From the NCBI GenBank assembly GCA_964016885.1, contig OZ024742.1, forward strand, positions 252,030,001 through 252,094,000: a DNA stretch of 64,000 bases, in the 5' to 3' direction. The stretch is from Eledone cirrhosa. Lineage: Eukaryota. How positions within the stretch are numbered: position 1 is the stretch's first letter; each line of letters begins with the position of its first letter. Shown here piece by piece: positions 50,875 through 64,000 of the stretch. The position numbers and the translations under genes are program-made. The notes beneath the pieces are model-generated. The model was not told where the DNA came from. It did not search any database and saw nothing but the letters and a program-made list of their open reading frames with translations.

Positions 50875-51313
50875 GGAGGCACATGGCTTAGTGGTTAGAG
50901 CATTGGCCTTGCAATCGAAAGGTTGTGAGTTCAATTCCCAGACTGGGTGATGTGTTGTTTCCTTGAGCAAGACACTTTATTTCACATTGCTCCAGTTTAC
51001 TCAGCTGTAGAAATGAGATGGTAGGGACTGGGGTCCATATCATTCCACTGCAAAGTGGTCGTGGAGGTGCCACGGCAAAAAAGCACCCAGCCTACACTGT
51101 AAAGTGGTCGTGGAGGTGCCACGGCAAAAAAGCACCCAGCACTCACTGTAAAGTGGTCATGGAGGTGCTACGGCAAAAAAGCACCCAGCACTCACTGTAA
51201 ATGAGGTTGGTGTTAGGAAGAGCATCCAGCTGTAGAAATCAAGCCAGAATCAGTTCCTGTCCCACCTCTGCAAGCAGGGAAAAGCGGACGTAAAATGATG
51301 ATGATGATGATGA
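50875..51313 (+). mobile_element. SINE family B, full length, three 49-bp units and RTE tail
   Basis: A box tggcttagtgg, B box gagttcaattcc, central domain, unit starts at 51046/51095/51144, (GAT)n tail. Confidence 0.92.
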
Positions 51314-51406
51314 TATATATATATATATATATATTAAACCGATATTCTAAATCCAATATATTAAATAATGTTCATCAAGGATTTCATTATTAAAAATTGC
51401 CATTAA

Positions 51407-51839
51407 CCCTTTTGATACCAAGCTAAATGAAAACCTCTTTCTATGAAACAAAACTGTTTATTTTTAAAATGTTTATATTAATCTTACAACTTTCCATTAT
51501 CATTTTATGTGAGAAACTTTAAGTTATGCTCCAAACACCAGCTTAATAATAAGAAAGTTACCTCTCTAACTCCCTCCAAATTCTTGATTATCTTTTAAAT
51601 TATTTGAAAATCATAGTCAATGTCTTTCGTCAGAAATATGGTAATGAGAAGGTTAACCCTGTTACTACAGTATTTGTAATGAAACACATTAACTATGTGT
51701 TTCAGGTAATTTAATAAGTTTTTCATTTATAAGCTGATATTTAGAACATTACTTAACAACATTTCTAAAATAAAGTTTGTTTAATATGAACAATTTTATA
51801 TCATAGATCCAAAGGTGGCTTTATTTGGTATCAAAAGAG
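51407..51839. mobile_element. Two piggyBac-like MITEs in opposite orientation sharing one TTAA
   Basis: TTAA at 51403-6, 51653-6 and 51840-3; outer ends cccttttgatacca / tggtatcaaaagag. Confidence 0.72.
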
Positions 51840-53872
51840 TTAAATCAATATTTTTCATTATTCAATGATTTATAGACAAAATATGCCTGTTGCTCAAAGG
51901 TCATGTGTAACCTGTTGCAGTTTTGGTACTCATGAGTTGATTTTAGTGCATTTCTAATGACTATTTTAATGAATTTCTTAATAAACAATGCTTATTGATT
52001 TTCAGAATATATGTTATAATTAGTGATTGCACTAACACAACATGATACAGAATAAAGATGTGTATAAACCCAAATACAATATATTTATGTATAATAAATA
52101 TATACATTTAGTTTAGCTGTGATTATATTAAGCTGTGATTATATTACAGCAACCTCAGCATTGTGGTAAGAGCTAAGTTATTTCTGTTCGTCAGCACACG
52201 CTCACTCCTAGACGCCGAGGTCTGAAAGGCAGCATTGTCTTATACTTTTTGTAAACAAACAGTTATTGTTGAAAGTGTATTTACATAAAAATTTATTTAT
52301 TATAAACATGTAAGCCTTTATTATTTATGTTATAATGTTTCTATGGTTTAGTCAGTAGGACAAGAGCAGCACTCCTTATATTACAGGAACTCTGAGATTG
52401 GTGCAGGGAGAGGGGGCAAGCCTGGTTCAAATGCATGCATCAGTTTAGACTTTGTTAGTGGTACCTAAGGGATAGGTGCTGGTGTTAAAACAAGTGACAG
52501 ATTATGTCTACCACCTAAAGTATCAGTGTCTTTGGCTTCATGATCCACAACATTGTTGTCCCGATTACAATTTCAACCTAAACACAGGTAATGTATAGAA
52601 AGGATGTAAAATATTAAATAGAAAATACAAGGTGGAACTAATATCCACAACTCTAAGGACAAGTCGGAAATATTGGTTCAAAGCTTATCTGATAGAAATT
52701 TGAAATAATGTTAGACTCAATGCAGATAACTGTGGAAAAAAAAGTGGACAGAAACACCTGCAGGAAGTGAACCCTGCATCTCTCGTGAACTATTATTTAT
52801 TAGAAAACTGCCTAGTTTAAACATTTTAAAAATTAATACATTGTAACAGTTGTTAATAGGACCTAGTTACAACCTGACAACCTCTGAAGTTTTGGTGATC
52901 TATATGATAGATGCACCTCTGTAAAGTGGTTGGTGATAGGAAGAGCTCTAGTTATAGAAAACTTGTCAAATAAATGGTTAAGATGACTCTTCAGCTGTGT
53001 CAAAAACATGACAACTTCCCTAGAGCTGGTGACAAAATGCACCCTGTGCACTCTGTAAAGTGCAGGAATGTATGTAAGTTAGATGTGGGGGCTCCCAGCC
53101 TATCTGAAGGGACAGCAGCTCTGATTAATTATTGACAGTCTGTGACAACCTATCCAACTCTTGCTAGCAGGGAAAATTGGTGTTATAATAGTAGGCTTTT
53201 CTTTCTTAATGGACATAAACTTATTGTATTTTGCAATTTTCATCAGCATAATATATTGATGACAGTTTCCTTTGGAAATATAATCTCCCTATTGTTGTTG
53301 GGATACACTGTTTAATTGGCCTGGCAACCACACTATTCAGATATATATCAACAGTTCTTATTCAGATATACATCAACACGCCCAACTTAATTACATCTAC
53401 AGTACAATTCATGACAAGCTCATTATAAATGCAAGCTTTCAGAGAAACTTTTGGCAAAGCTGTTTTCAAAACATCACCATTTACTTAAATGGTGATGTTT
53501 TGCCAAGAGCTCTCATGGGACATTTTTTTTCTTTCCATTTTCCCCTTCTCCTGATATTTGGTTGTAGCTATTTTATTTCCCTTATAACATTAATTCTTTT
53601 TATAAAAAATAACAATGAACATTATACTTTCAATTCATCAGATTAACACCCAATTAATATATTACTGATGATAAATAATGAAGTATTATGTGATGATTGA
53701 CACTATATTTCACACATGTGCTAAATATAAAGTTGATTAAACATTTCAAAAATATTTCCCTTAAAATAGTCAAACTTTATATCTAACCCCCAACCTGCTG
53801 TAATGATTTAGCAGAAAAATATTAAAAAATAGCTTTGTTAATTCGAATTTTTATAGTATTTTATTAGAGGGG

Positions 53873-53905
<33 letters not shown>

Positions 53906-56900
53906 CTGTGAAAATTTGTAGTATTAAACTAATTAATATGATGCGGTTATAGTGTTGTTTTATACTTTTAAAGAATGTCTTGGTAATGCGGTTTCATATA
54001 GTTAAAGATTTTAAAAAGCAATGTTCAATCAGTGAGGAGTAATTGGGCTAAAATTGAAATAGAATTCATGATGATCTTTGAAAGTTTGATAAAACAGAAT
54101 AATCCTATAAGACAGGGTTCTCAAAACTTTTTAAGAAAGAGCCATATATAAACTAGGGTGCCAGATGATTAAATGCCTCTATTTGTTCTAGCTCACTGAA
54201 TTCAAATTATGTCAAAGTCAACTTCGCTTTTTATCATTTTGAGGTGAATAAATAAAGTACAGTCCAGTATTGAAGTCAATTCTTCCTCTATTTCTCACTT
54301 CTCTCTCTCCTTCTCTGGAAGAAAACAGTTGTGTTTAGACCTGGAGAGGAATTGGCTCTGCCAGGTATAAAATGCCAGGATGGCACCATTATGACTCAAC
54401 TCTATCAGGAGGTAACGGCTCTTTCTTTTCCATATAAAAATGTTGAGAGTGTATAGAGCTAGATAAAAAAAAAAAAATCCCATATAGTATTGTTGATTTC
54501 ACCATTATTTATTTGCTTTCATCCAAATGAGCCTTTATTTTCCAAAATAACACTACCTCATATGCCAGGAAGATGACATTTGAACAAAATAATCAATGAC
54601 TTCTCTAAACATATTTCTATTTTTAAAAAGTAACTTTTTTTCAGCCACATTCCATCGAAAGTGTGTTTATTTTAATTACATGTCAGAGTGAGCAACATCT
54701 ATTATGTAGCACAGGGACAAAGATAAACATTTCTTATATTAGCTATTTTTGGTAAAAGAATAGTGACATGTCAACTTATTTATGTAGTACTTCCAACATA
54801 CTGAAGTATTATTAAAATTATTATTATAATTATTAATATTTTTTTTTATTATTGAAATAGGTAAGACTGAATTTAAAATATGTAATATAATCCCCATGGG
54901 CCAAAATGATAGCTCCCCTTCTATTAAAATATCTTATAACTGAAATTCTAATTTAAAAAAAAATGAATATGTTGAAAAATATACATTGGAGTACACACAT
55001 AAATATATATATATATTAATAACCATTAGTGCTGTATATTTATTATTTATTTTTTATTATTCTAGTTGCATAGATTAGATTATTTTTCCCCAGCATTATG
55101 TTAGTTCAAATATGGAAATTTAAGGGAAGATCTTGGAAAAAGCAAGTTAAATAAAATGTTAGGCATAGTAAATGTTAGGCATAGAATTTTAACAACTCAA
55201 CTATTTCTTTATGGTATCAGCCACATTCAATGCTTACAGGGTATGAATTCTAACTCTAAAATAGGTCAACACACTTTAAAGAAGACCAAACCAGACAGAC
55301 AATCTTTGAGTTATACAGAAACTTATTAAAACAATATTTTCATCCCATGTCGAGTAAATAAATACTTTTCCAAACCCACCACACGATCATGAAAGAAAGC
55401 TACACATAAAAGATATATGTGATAAAACAAAATTTATATTAAGTGGTATCCTTAGAAGATTCCATCCATTAGAAATCAACCAAAAGAAAGACAAAAATAA
55501 ACTCCATACATTTACAAACTACCTTCTTATTTAACATTTTAACAAGATTATTTAACAAGACAAGAAAAAAGAAGAGAATTTAATAGACAATAGAGTAGTT
55601 TTATAACAATGAAGTATGACATGTTGAAATGTAAAATAAGCATAGTCTGAAAGGCAAGAATAATAATGATGCCTTTTAAAAAAATATTGAGAAGAAAGTT
55701 ATTGAAACTGTGTACAAACACACACACACAAATAAATATGCATTGTGCAAGTTTTTAATATATTTCTAATTGAACGTTATAGTATCTAGATATACACCTA
55801 TATATATGGCACTGGTATTTAGCTTGTCTAATAAAAATATTTGTTACTAAAATAGCAATCCTATTTTGGCAGTAATGATAAGCTATATATTACCTTTTGC
55901 TTTGATTATAATAGAAATCATTATTACTGGAACAAACAAAAAACAAAATACCAAAAATCGTTATTTTGTTTTTTACATTATATGATTATTGGTAATAATA
56001 AGCATGGTGTTTATTAATGAAAGAGTGCAATAATAGGCGTTATATTATTCGTGCTAAATGGAAAGTTTAATAAGCAAGAGATATTTAATATAAAGTAATA
56101 AATAAGAGCATTTAGACAACAAAACTGGCTACTACTGTTACACCAGCAGTATCTTAATGCTAACTTCATCAACAGAATAAAATGGTAATATGTATTTGGC
56201 AATAGGAGCCTTTTAAGAAAATCTACATTATTTTTCTATCACCACCATCAAAAATGTACTATTTCTGTTACATAGCACTTTCCCCTTTATCCAAAATATT
56301 TTTAGAGTGTTTATGCTTGAATAGTTTTGATATCAGCTCATGAGTTTGCTAAAAGTAGATTTCAATAATATTCAATTTGGTTGTTCAATCTCTTTCGTTT
56401 TGAAAATGGATTTCCAGCTCTAGCTGGCAATAAACAGATAAATAAACTACAGAAAATACAATGAATAAGGAATGCACCTTATGATCCAGCCTTGTATGTG
56501 TGCACCACACACAAGCAATTGTGAATCAGATTCATTTCAGCAGGAGGGAAGGGGAGGGGGGCTTCTTTGTTTCTGTTCTTTTCATACTTTTGGATGAAAC
56601 AGATACAGTGAAATAAGGTCAAACTGCAGACACTTGATCTTTTAATTTCTAATTCTCAAATAACAACAAGAACAGCACCAAACAGTATAGATATATACAT
56701 GTAAAAAAAAGAATCAAGATAGTAAAAAAAAAGAATAGAAAAATTAAGATTTGTTTTTCATTAATTTCAGGAACAGAAATCCAGTGACATCATCAACATA
56801 AAATGTTATTCGTAAATGACCAATTATTGCTACTGTTGCTGTAATTGGTAAATCAAGTATGTGAAGGTCAACAGTGATATACAAATGCTGCTAGTCTTGT

Positions 56901-58759
56901 TTACCACACTACTGCTACAAATCCCTGAAGGAGCTGTTTGTTTTGAGTAGGATTTTTAAATTTTTATTTTCTTAGAAATCTGAATCTGTAATCTGGTTGT
57001 TGTTTAGCCCTAGGCCAACTGAGATCAAAAAGATCCATGGTCAAAGGAATTCTAACTATGATTATCCCATATTTATTAAGATATGATATATCTACAATAA
57101 TATTATCTAATGTGTCCTTCCTCTTTTTAAGACAGCAGAGTGGAAGTGTGGTAAGTGTGTTGGACTTACGAACATAATGTTGTGGGTTTGATTCCTGGAC
57201 AGGGTTATGTATTGTGTTCTTGACCAAAACATTTAATTTCATGTTGTTCCAGTATACTCAGCAGGATGATGAATTGGCAGAATTACTTGAATATCAGACC
57301 AGATGCCTTGCATTTGCATCTCAACTGACTTTAAACCCTGCTACGGACTACATGGCTGGTAAACATAATCCCTCATACGGTCTACATGGTTGCTAGACAT
57401 AATTTCTCATTTACCCTTTGATAGTATTTATAAGAGTCCATTCTGTTGCAAGCATTTGGATAATTTCTTCCATGTTAGGATACCTCCTTCCCTCAGAGAC
57501 CCTGAAAAAGGTAATCAGAAGTGCTCTTCCCCACTAGACTAAACATAAAAGAAAAAAAGTAGCAGCTGCACACAATGCCTTTTGGTCATAAGACTTCCTC
57601 ACTGGTTTAATTGTCTAATTAAAACAGGGCATCATGTAGCCATCCAACCTGCAAAAATGTCAAGTGATTTTTGCCTGGTGCTTTGGATATGATATAAAGA
57701 AATTTAACCACGAGCAGGTAAAAATGGCAGGAGTGTCTATGACTTCCTTAATCAGGAATGATCACACAGAGGCAAAAGAGCTTAAGCTTTTGTTTTAGGT
57801 TCAGCCATACCAGACGGATCTAGGCATGTGATGGCAAACCAGCAATGCTTAAAGCCAGCAGTTATATTATGTATCTGCAAGACCCTGAGCATTTCACTTT
57901 AGTTATATTCATGATCATCGTTTAACATTTTTTCCCTGCTAGCAAGGGTTCGCTTGGTCTACATTGATCAAGTCATTATTGAAGCAAGGCTACTGACCTC
58001 CCAGGCAGGCTGGGGTGGGGGGAGGTTAGGTGTCTGCATCTTGCTTATGTATTGTTTTACTTTCTATCAAGTGCACCAGCACAAGAGAGGATGTCATGTC
58101 CTGGACACAACTAATGTGTCTTCCCAACCCTTTACTTAGCAAGCTTTCTGTGGCCGGATACCCTTTCTATCACTTTACAGTGTGTGTTGGGTGCATTTAT
58201 CATATTAATAAAGTATATTTCTTTACAAGCTATATTTGCCCTAGCCTTTTCATTAGATAACAAATGTGGTGTGAAGTAGAGAGACTTACACACATGATCA
58301 GATGCAGCTCGTCTATAAAAAAAAAACCTTGCTTAAGGTTGTGCCTTGGAGATGAAATTTCCAGATAAGATCTTTAGATTCACAAGATATATGGAGGCCT
58401 TACAGCTTACATCCTGCACTGTTCTCTACCACATTCCTCTGTCTTCAGTCAGTATGATCCACTCATTCATCATACAAATTCCTTTGTTTTTGCTCTCCAA
58501 AGTGTGATCTTTACAGAATTTTCCCTGTGACTAAATGTGCATTCACTTTAAAGTTTATTTCACAATTTTTCCTCCTTTCACAGAACTTGACCAATGTGTT
58601 TCTGCCATCTCTTTCTCCTGATGAATTAGTTAAATTACTTGTATTTTACAGAAGAAATTTTGTGAAGTACCAATTTTCAAATTCATTTTTTCTTGTTTTC
58701 TTGATACCTTTCAATCTTACTCAAGGTATTTGAATTGAAAATGCAGTTTTATATTTAGT

Positions 58760-58949
58760 GTATTGGATTGGCAGTATCGGTAGAGGGTCGGACACCATGC
58801 TTTCCAGTATAGAGTTATGCACCTTTATGGTCCAAGTTCAAATCCCGCCAAAGTTAACTTTGCCTTTCATCCCTACGGGGTCGATAAAATAAAGTACCAG
58901 TAATGCACTGGGGTAATTGCTGGCCTTGTGCCAATAGTAGAAACAATTA
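58760..58949 (+). mobile_element. SINE family A
   Basis: tggcagtatcgg (A box), gttcaaatcc (B box), actttgcctttcatcc...gtcgataaaataaagtacc central domain. Confidence 0.88.
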
Positions 58950-59286
58950 TTTGGTTATCTATACAACTTCCTAGCATCTTTCATAAAAAAGGGAACATAC
59001 TGACATCTTCAATCTCAGATAAACTATGTCAGAAAAGATGAGATAATCATGGCTTCAATGCTTTTGATCATAAGTTTGCTCCATCAAAGTTGACAGGAGC
59101 TAAACAAAAAAAATCTTCCAAGAAAAATGAATTGGTCTTCTTCATGTTGCTGCCTTACAATACTTGCCATCATTTTTGCTGACAAGGTTAAAGCTGGTTT
59201 GATTTTTTTCATACATATTCTTGAATTTTGAGAATATTTCAAATTTGTTTTTAGATTATCTGCAAAATGTAGGTATATGTCTATTT

Positions 59287-61100
59287 AGCAGCAGCATCAT
59301 CATCAACAAGGGCAAAGGAGATGCTTAAGACAGAGAAAACTATAAAGACATTAAGTTGATTGACCAGGTCATGAAGGTCACAGAAAGAGTTACCACACAG
59401 CTGAGTAGGGAGAGAGTTAACCTTGATGAAATGCAGTTTGGATTTGTGCCAAGTAAAAGTATCACAGATGCTCTCTTCCTCGTGAAGCAACTGCAGGAGA
59501 AGTACTTAACTAAATGTAAAACCTTTCTACTTAGCTTCCATGAATCCCCATTCCATTATCTAGTGGGTTCTTAGAAAACTAGGAGTAGATGAGTGGCTTG
59601 TGAAGGCTGTACAAGCCATGTATAAAGGAACAGACAGCAAGCTTAGAATTAACAATGACTTAAGAATTTAGTGTGCAGGTAGGAGTCCATCAGGGCTCCG
59701 TCCTTAGCCCTCTCCTGTTTACTATTGCCCTACAGGATATAACAGAAGAGTTTAAACCTGGCTGCCTATGGAAATTTCTGTATGCATATGATCTAACCCT
59801 CATAGCTGAATCTGTGGCAGAATTAGAGAAGAAATTCCAACCTGGAAGCATGGCCATGAATCAAAAGATCTTAAAGTTAACTTGTCAAAGATTAAAGTCC
59901 TAATATGTAGAAAGGAAAATAGGGCCCAGAACCCCTCTGGGAAATAGCCTTGCTCAGTGTGCAGGAAAGGAGTAGGTAGAAATTCCATCTTATGTCCCAA
60001 ATGCAAGTTATTGGTACATAAAAGGTGTAGTGGGTCACAAACAGGCTATCAAAGAACGTAAGTGCAATAAGCAGCAAATGCACACAGGATACTAGCTTCT
60101 TCAAATACCTTGACAGCTCTGTAGAAATAGTCAGGTTTCCATTACACGGGTGACCAAATAAGCAGTGGAGAAGGGCGTTCTGAAAGTACTGTAGACAAAG
60201 TAAAACCGGGGTGGAAAAAGTTCAGGAAGTTACTACCGCTGCTAGATACAAAAGGTTTTTTTCCTTAAAATAACGGTCAGATTGCATGTATATGAACAAT
60301 AATGTTGCATGGTGACTTGGGCATTGAGTGCAGAGAACCTGCGAAGATGGGAAAAAAAATGAAGCTTGCCTCCTCTGATGGATGTGTAAAAATAATATAC
60401 ACAAATGGCAAAGCGTAAATAATCTGAGAGAGAAATTAGGCATAAGAGGGATCAGATGCAGTATGCAAGACAGGAGATTACGTTGGTATGGCCATGAGAT
60501 GTGTATGAAGAATGACAGCTGTATAAAAAAAGTGCAGGATCATCTCTCAAAGACAATGACACAGGATCAAGATCTTTGGCGTTATGCAGTAATACGGAAA
60601 ACCTGCCTTCCCGTGTGCATGGACATACATCTAGTAGGCCCTCTTAATCACTATTCTCCCATCCATACACCTCCCATGTCCAAACACTCACCACCCTTAC
60701 ACTGTAAATTTGTCATGTTAGTATCACAACAAAATGCATCTAGCCCAAACTGTAAAGTGGTCATGAAGGTATCACAACAAAATCACCCAGTTCACACTGT
60801 AAAGAGGTCATGTAAGTGTCATGACAAAAAGCTCCCAGCCCACACTGTAAAGTGGTCATGTAGGTGTTATGACAAAAAGCTCCCTGTTCACACTATAAAG
60901 TGGTTGTGTAGATGTTACAACAAAAAGCACCCAGCACACTGTAAATGTGGTTGGTGTTAGGAAAAACATCCAGCCATAGAAACCAAGCCATAGACAGTTC
61001 TGTATGAGCAAGACACTGTCACCTGACCCAACTTGCCTCAAACAGGACAACCCGTCTAACCCATGCTAGTGTGGAAAATTGACAAACAATGATGATGATG
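59287..61100 (+). mobile_element. Older RTE-clade LINE copy with expanded 3' UTR tandem units
   Basis: QFGFVP, GVHQGSVLSPLLF, RRLRWYGH; unit starts about every 48 bp across 60700-60945; gatgatgatg tail. Confidence 0.9.
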
Positions 61101-62075
61101 GTCTTTAAGCAATTGTCAATAACCAGAGAAAACATAATGAATCTCTATTCTAGTACTTCTATAGAAACCCATTCACCAAATTGAACAACACACATTATTT
61201 TCATATAAATCTTTGATAATGTTGATTTGAAGTGGGGAGGGGGACACTATAACAATCGAGAATTCTCCATAATCTTGATAAAAAAAAATATCAAAGATCT
61301 TTGGAAATCATCCAAACTTAATATCATTATTAAATGTATTTTTTATATGCTTTTTCAAGATTGCTAGTGTGATGATGGCTTCTCAGTTGGAGTCCTGGAA
61401 TTTAGCTTGAGCTTTTCAGAGTATTTTATTGACTACACAACTTACTTTACTTTGTTTAATATAATTTAATTTTAAGTAGGGTGAAAAACATTACTTATTT
61501 CTTCTCTTCTAAAAACTTAGAACTATGTATGAGGCAAGGTGTCACTTTGAATTAGCTGTACACCCACTTCATACGGGTGGAATCCACAAATTCATTCATC
61601 TTTCATATTAATCTATTTTTTTGTTGTTTTCTTTGCACCTTACCACCTTATTTAAGATATTTAAACTGAAAACACAGTTTTATTTTTACAGTGTGTGTAT
61701 TATTTCTTTTTTTATTATATCAAGAGGAATAACATTTGCATGAGGATGAAGGTTCTTCTCTGAAGACATGCTGCTGCCCAGCTCTTCTGAGAGTTTCTTA
61801 CCACAAGACTTTCAAGGTATTTATTATTTGGCTATCTTTAATATTACTCTCCTATCTCTTTGATCACCCTACTGTACTTTGATCCCTCACTAAACAATTC
61901 TCTTCCATTCCTAAATAAACATGATCCTTCCCTCCTATGTTTTTTATACAGACATCAACCTGCTGATGTTCAAACTGATCATCAACCATAGCAGTTTCAA
62001 CTGTCAAGGTGTGGGAATTAGGACTTGAAAAATTTAGTCAAAAGGTGATAGGCAGTACGAACTTATGGTAAAACC

Positions 62076-62107
<32 letters not shown>

Positions 62108-62844
62108 GGTATCCTAATAAAGATAAAATGGCAGAAAGTAAGATATTTGTATGATTTTTGGTGACCGAGTTTCAAAGAGAATCTGGCACATGTTTAGGTG
62201 AGAATCAATATCCACATCTTAAGTAATTTAGACATAAGAATAGCAATTTGGGGAAGAGGAAAGTTAGTTAACTTGATCCCAGTACTTGGCTGCTTATTTT
62301 ATTTTATCAATCCCCGGAAGAAAGAAAGGCAGAATTAACCTTGGTGTGATTTGAACTCTGAACATAAAGAGATGGAGTAAAGGCCAGAAAGTCTGACACT
62401 CTAGCGATTCCGCCACTCCACCAGTCTATCAATATTAATAACAATAATAGTGATCTAATACTGATGTTTTTTTTATAGGTTAGGCAGAAGGAGCAGCAAT
62501 ATTTATAATCCTGTTCAGAGCCTCCATGACTGGATAGAGGAAGGAAGGTATCCTAAAATCAAAGACTTGGCCTGAATGTTTGCAACAGAGTAGACTCTTT
62601 TAAAGGCAACCATGGGCTAGGTGGTGGTGGTGCTAAACCAAGCAACAGATTAAGTCAATCACCCAAATAGGCCACATAGCGATTTGAACGCAAACAGCTG
62701 AAACAAATATATCAAAAGGACCCTGTTCAATGCTCTAATGATTCCACTAGTCTGCTACATTAGACAGGTACTTTATCTAGAAGGATGAAAGGTAAAGTTG
62801 ACCTCGGTGAGATTTGAACCCCGAATAAAAGATCTAAAGTCTAT

Positions 62845-63100
62845 CTTAAGCCAGAAGGCTCGTGCTTATTCCGGTTTCATGGCATGAAGTGACTGAGAGT
62901 ACAAGACTTCCCGCTGGACAGGATGCCAGTGCATTAAACCCTCAGCTATTGTTGGTACTCATTTTCAGCTGAGTATACTGGAGCAATGTGAAATGAAGTG
63001 TTTTGATCAAGAACACAACACGCAACTCAGTCCAGGAATCTAACCCACAATGTTATAATTGTAAGTCCAACACCCTTAGCACTAGGCCATGTGCCTCCAC
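62845..63100 (-). mobile_element. SINE family B-related element
   Basis: Reverse complement of the tRNA head (ggaggcacatggcctagtg) and central domain, with a different tail. Confidence 0.7.
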
Positions 63101-63144
63101 GCTGAATACAAGGAGCAAGAATAAATATTACAACGATCTAATGA

Positions 63145-63270
63145 TTCTGCCAATTTGCTGTCAGTCCAACATTATTAACTTTGCCTTTCATCCTTACGGG
63201 GTCAATAAAATAAAGTACCAGTATTACACTGGGATAATTGCTGGCCTTGTGCCAAAAGTAGAAACAATTA
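63145..63270 (+). mobile_element. SINE family A, partial
   Basis: Central domain and 3' end consensus. Confidence 0.8.
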
Positions 63271-64000
63271 TTAACTAAAAGACTCTTTGGATGGAGAAAG
63301 TGAATCCCTGTAAAATCAAGAGAGAGAGAAAACAAAATGTCAAAGTAAGAATTTTTATGAGAAAGCAGTTGATTCCAATTAACTAAGCTTCAAATCTGTT
63401 TGCTGACTTCACATTATTTCTTATATCAACTACTAGATAATATTTCAAATCAAAGAATCTTTTGACAAATGAAGTTGGTGCTGTCTAAGAATTTGACAGT
63501 TCTAAGAATAACAGGCAAGCAATGAAAATTTAATTAACAACTAATTTTAAGTTCTAAAGTAAATCACAAATCTATTAGGGTGTTTCTTAGCTACAAATCA
63601 CAAAGTTAATTTAAAGTTCAGCTTTAAACATTGACAAGATACAGACTACTCTTATAATACCAACATCAAATTTTATCTATTAGTACATGCTGTATATAAG
63701 AATTTTGTCCCTGGAGTGAAGTAAAATTGAACCTGAAAAAGACAAATATTTCTTTCTTTCTTCATTTTGATAATTAAGCTGTGAAATTGAAATTAATATA
63801 ACTATAGCAATGAATATAAGTACAATGACTTAGTAATGTAACTATTACAGTTATTTTGGCAAACATGTCTTTCAAGCATTTACATTCAAATTTATTTTGA
63901 ACATATGAAGCATTTCTTAATGGCTGAGTGGTTAAGAAGTTTGTTTTGAAACCAGTTGTTTTGGGTTCAGTCCCGCTGTGCAGTAGCATGGGCAAGTTTC

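Noticed and set aside
50875-50955. tRNA gene
   Set aside because: Has A/B boxes but runs into a SINE body and recurs in diverged copies; it is a SINE head.
51046-51200. Regular 49-bp repeats (also 60700-60945) as a CRISPR array
   Set aside because: Contiguous tandem units with no unique spacers, inside retroposon 3' UTRs, and no cas genes.
60382-60960. 192-aa ORF with repeated HTVKWSC motifs as a repeat protein
   Set aside because: Read-through from the LINE C-terminus into the tandem 3' UTR units.

Overview
This is AT-rich, repeat-dense eukaryotic (animal) DNA, not a prokaryotic locus. The repeat repertoire resembles a mollusc/cephalopod such as octopus (inference from memory, not checked). 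The only host gene I can support is a minus-strand C-type lectin-domain (CTLD) gene. It is seen as two phase-1/phase-1 exons (48007-47723 and 22087-21929) split by a ~25.6-kb intron. The second exon is absent from the ORF track and carries non-canonical EPK/WHD ligand motifs. The rest is mostly transposon relics: RTE-clade LINE 3' halves with a PHD-like finger and (GAT)n tails, Penelope-like fragments with minimal hammerhead ribozyme motifs, L1/Tx1-, CR1- and CRE-like 3' ends, a full-length decayed DD37D (maT) transposon, mariner and piggyBac-like MITEs, a foldback minisatellite element, two tRNA-derived SINE families (one sharing its tail with the RTE LINE), and microsatellites. I found no CRISPR array, rRNA or true tRNA gene, and no clearly new biological system. 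The best leads are the split lectin gene, the hammerhead-bearing inverted element, and the SINE/LINE architecture.
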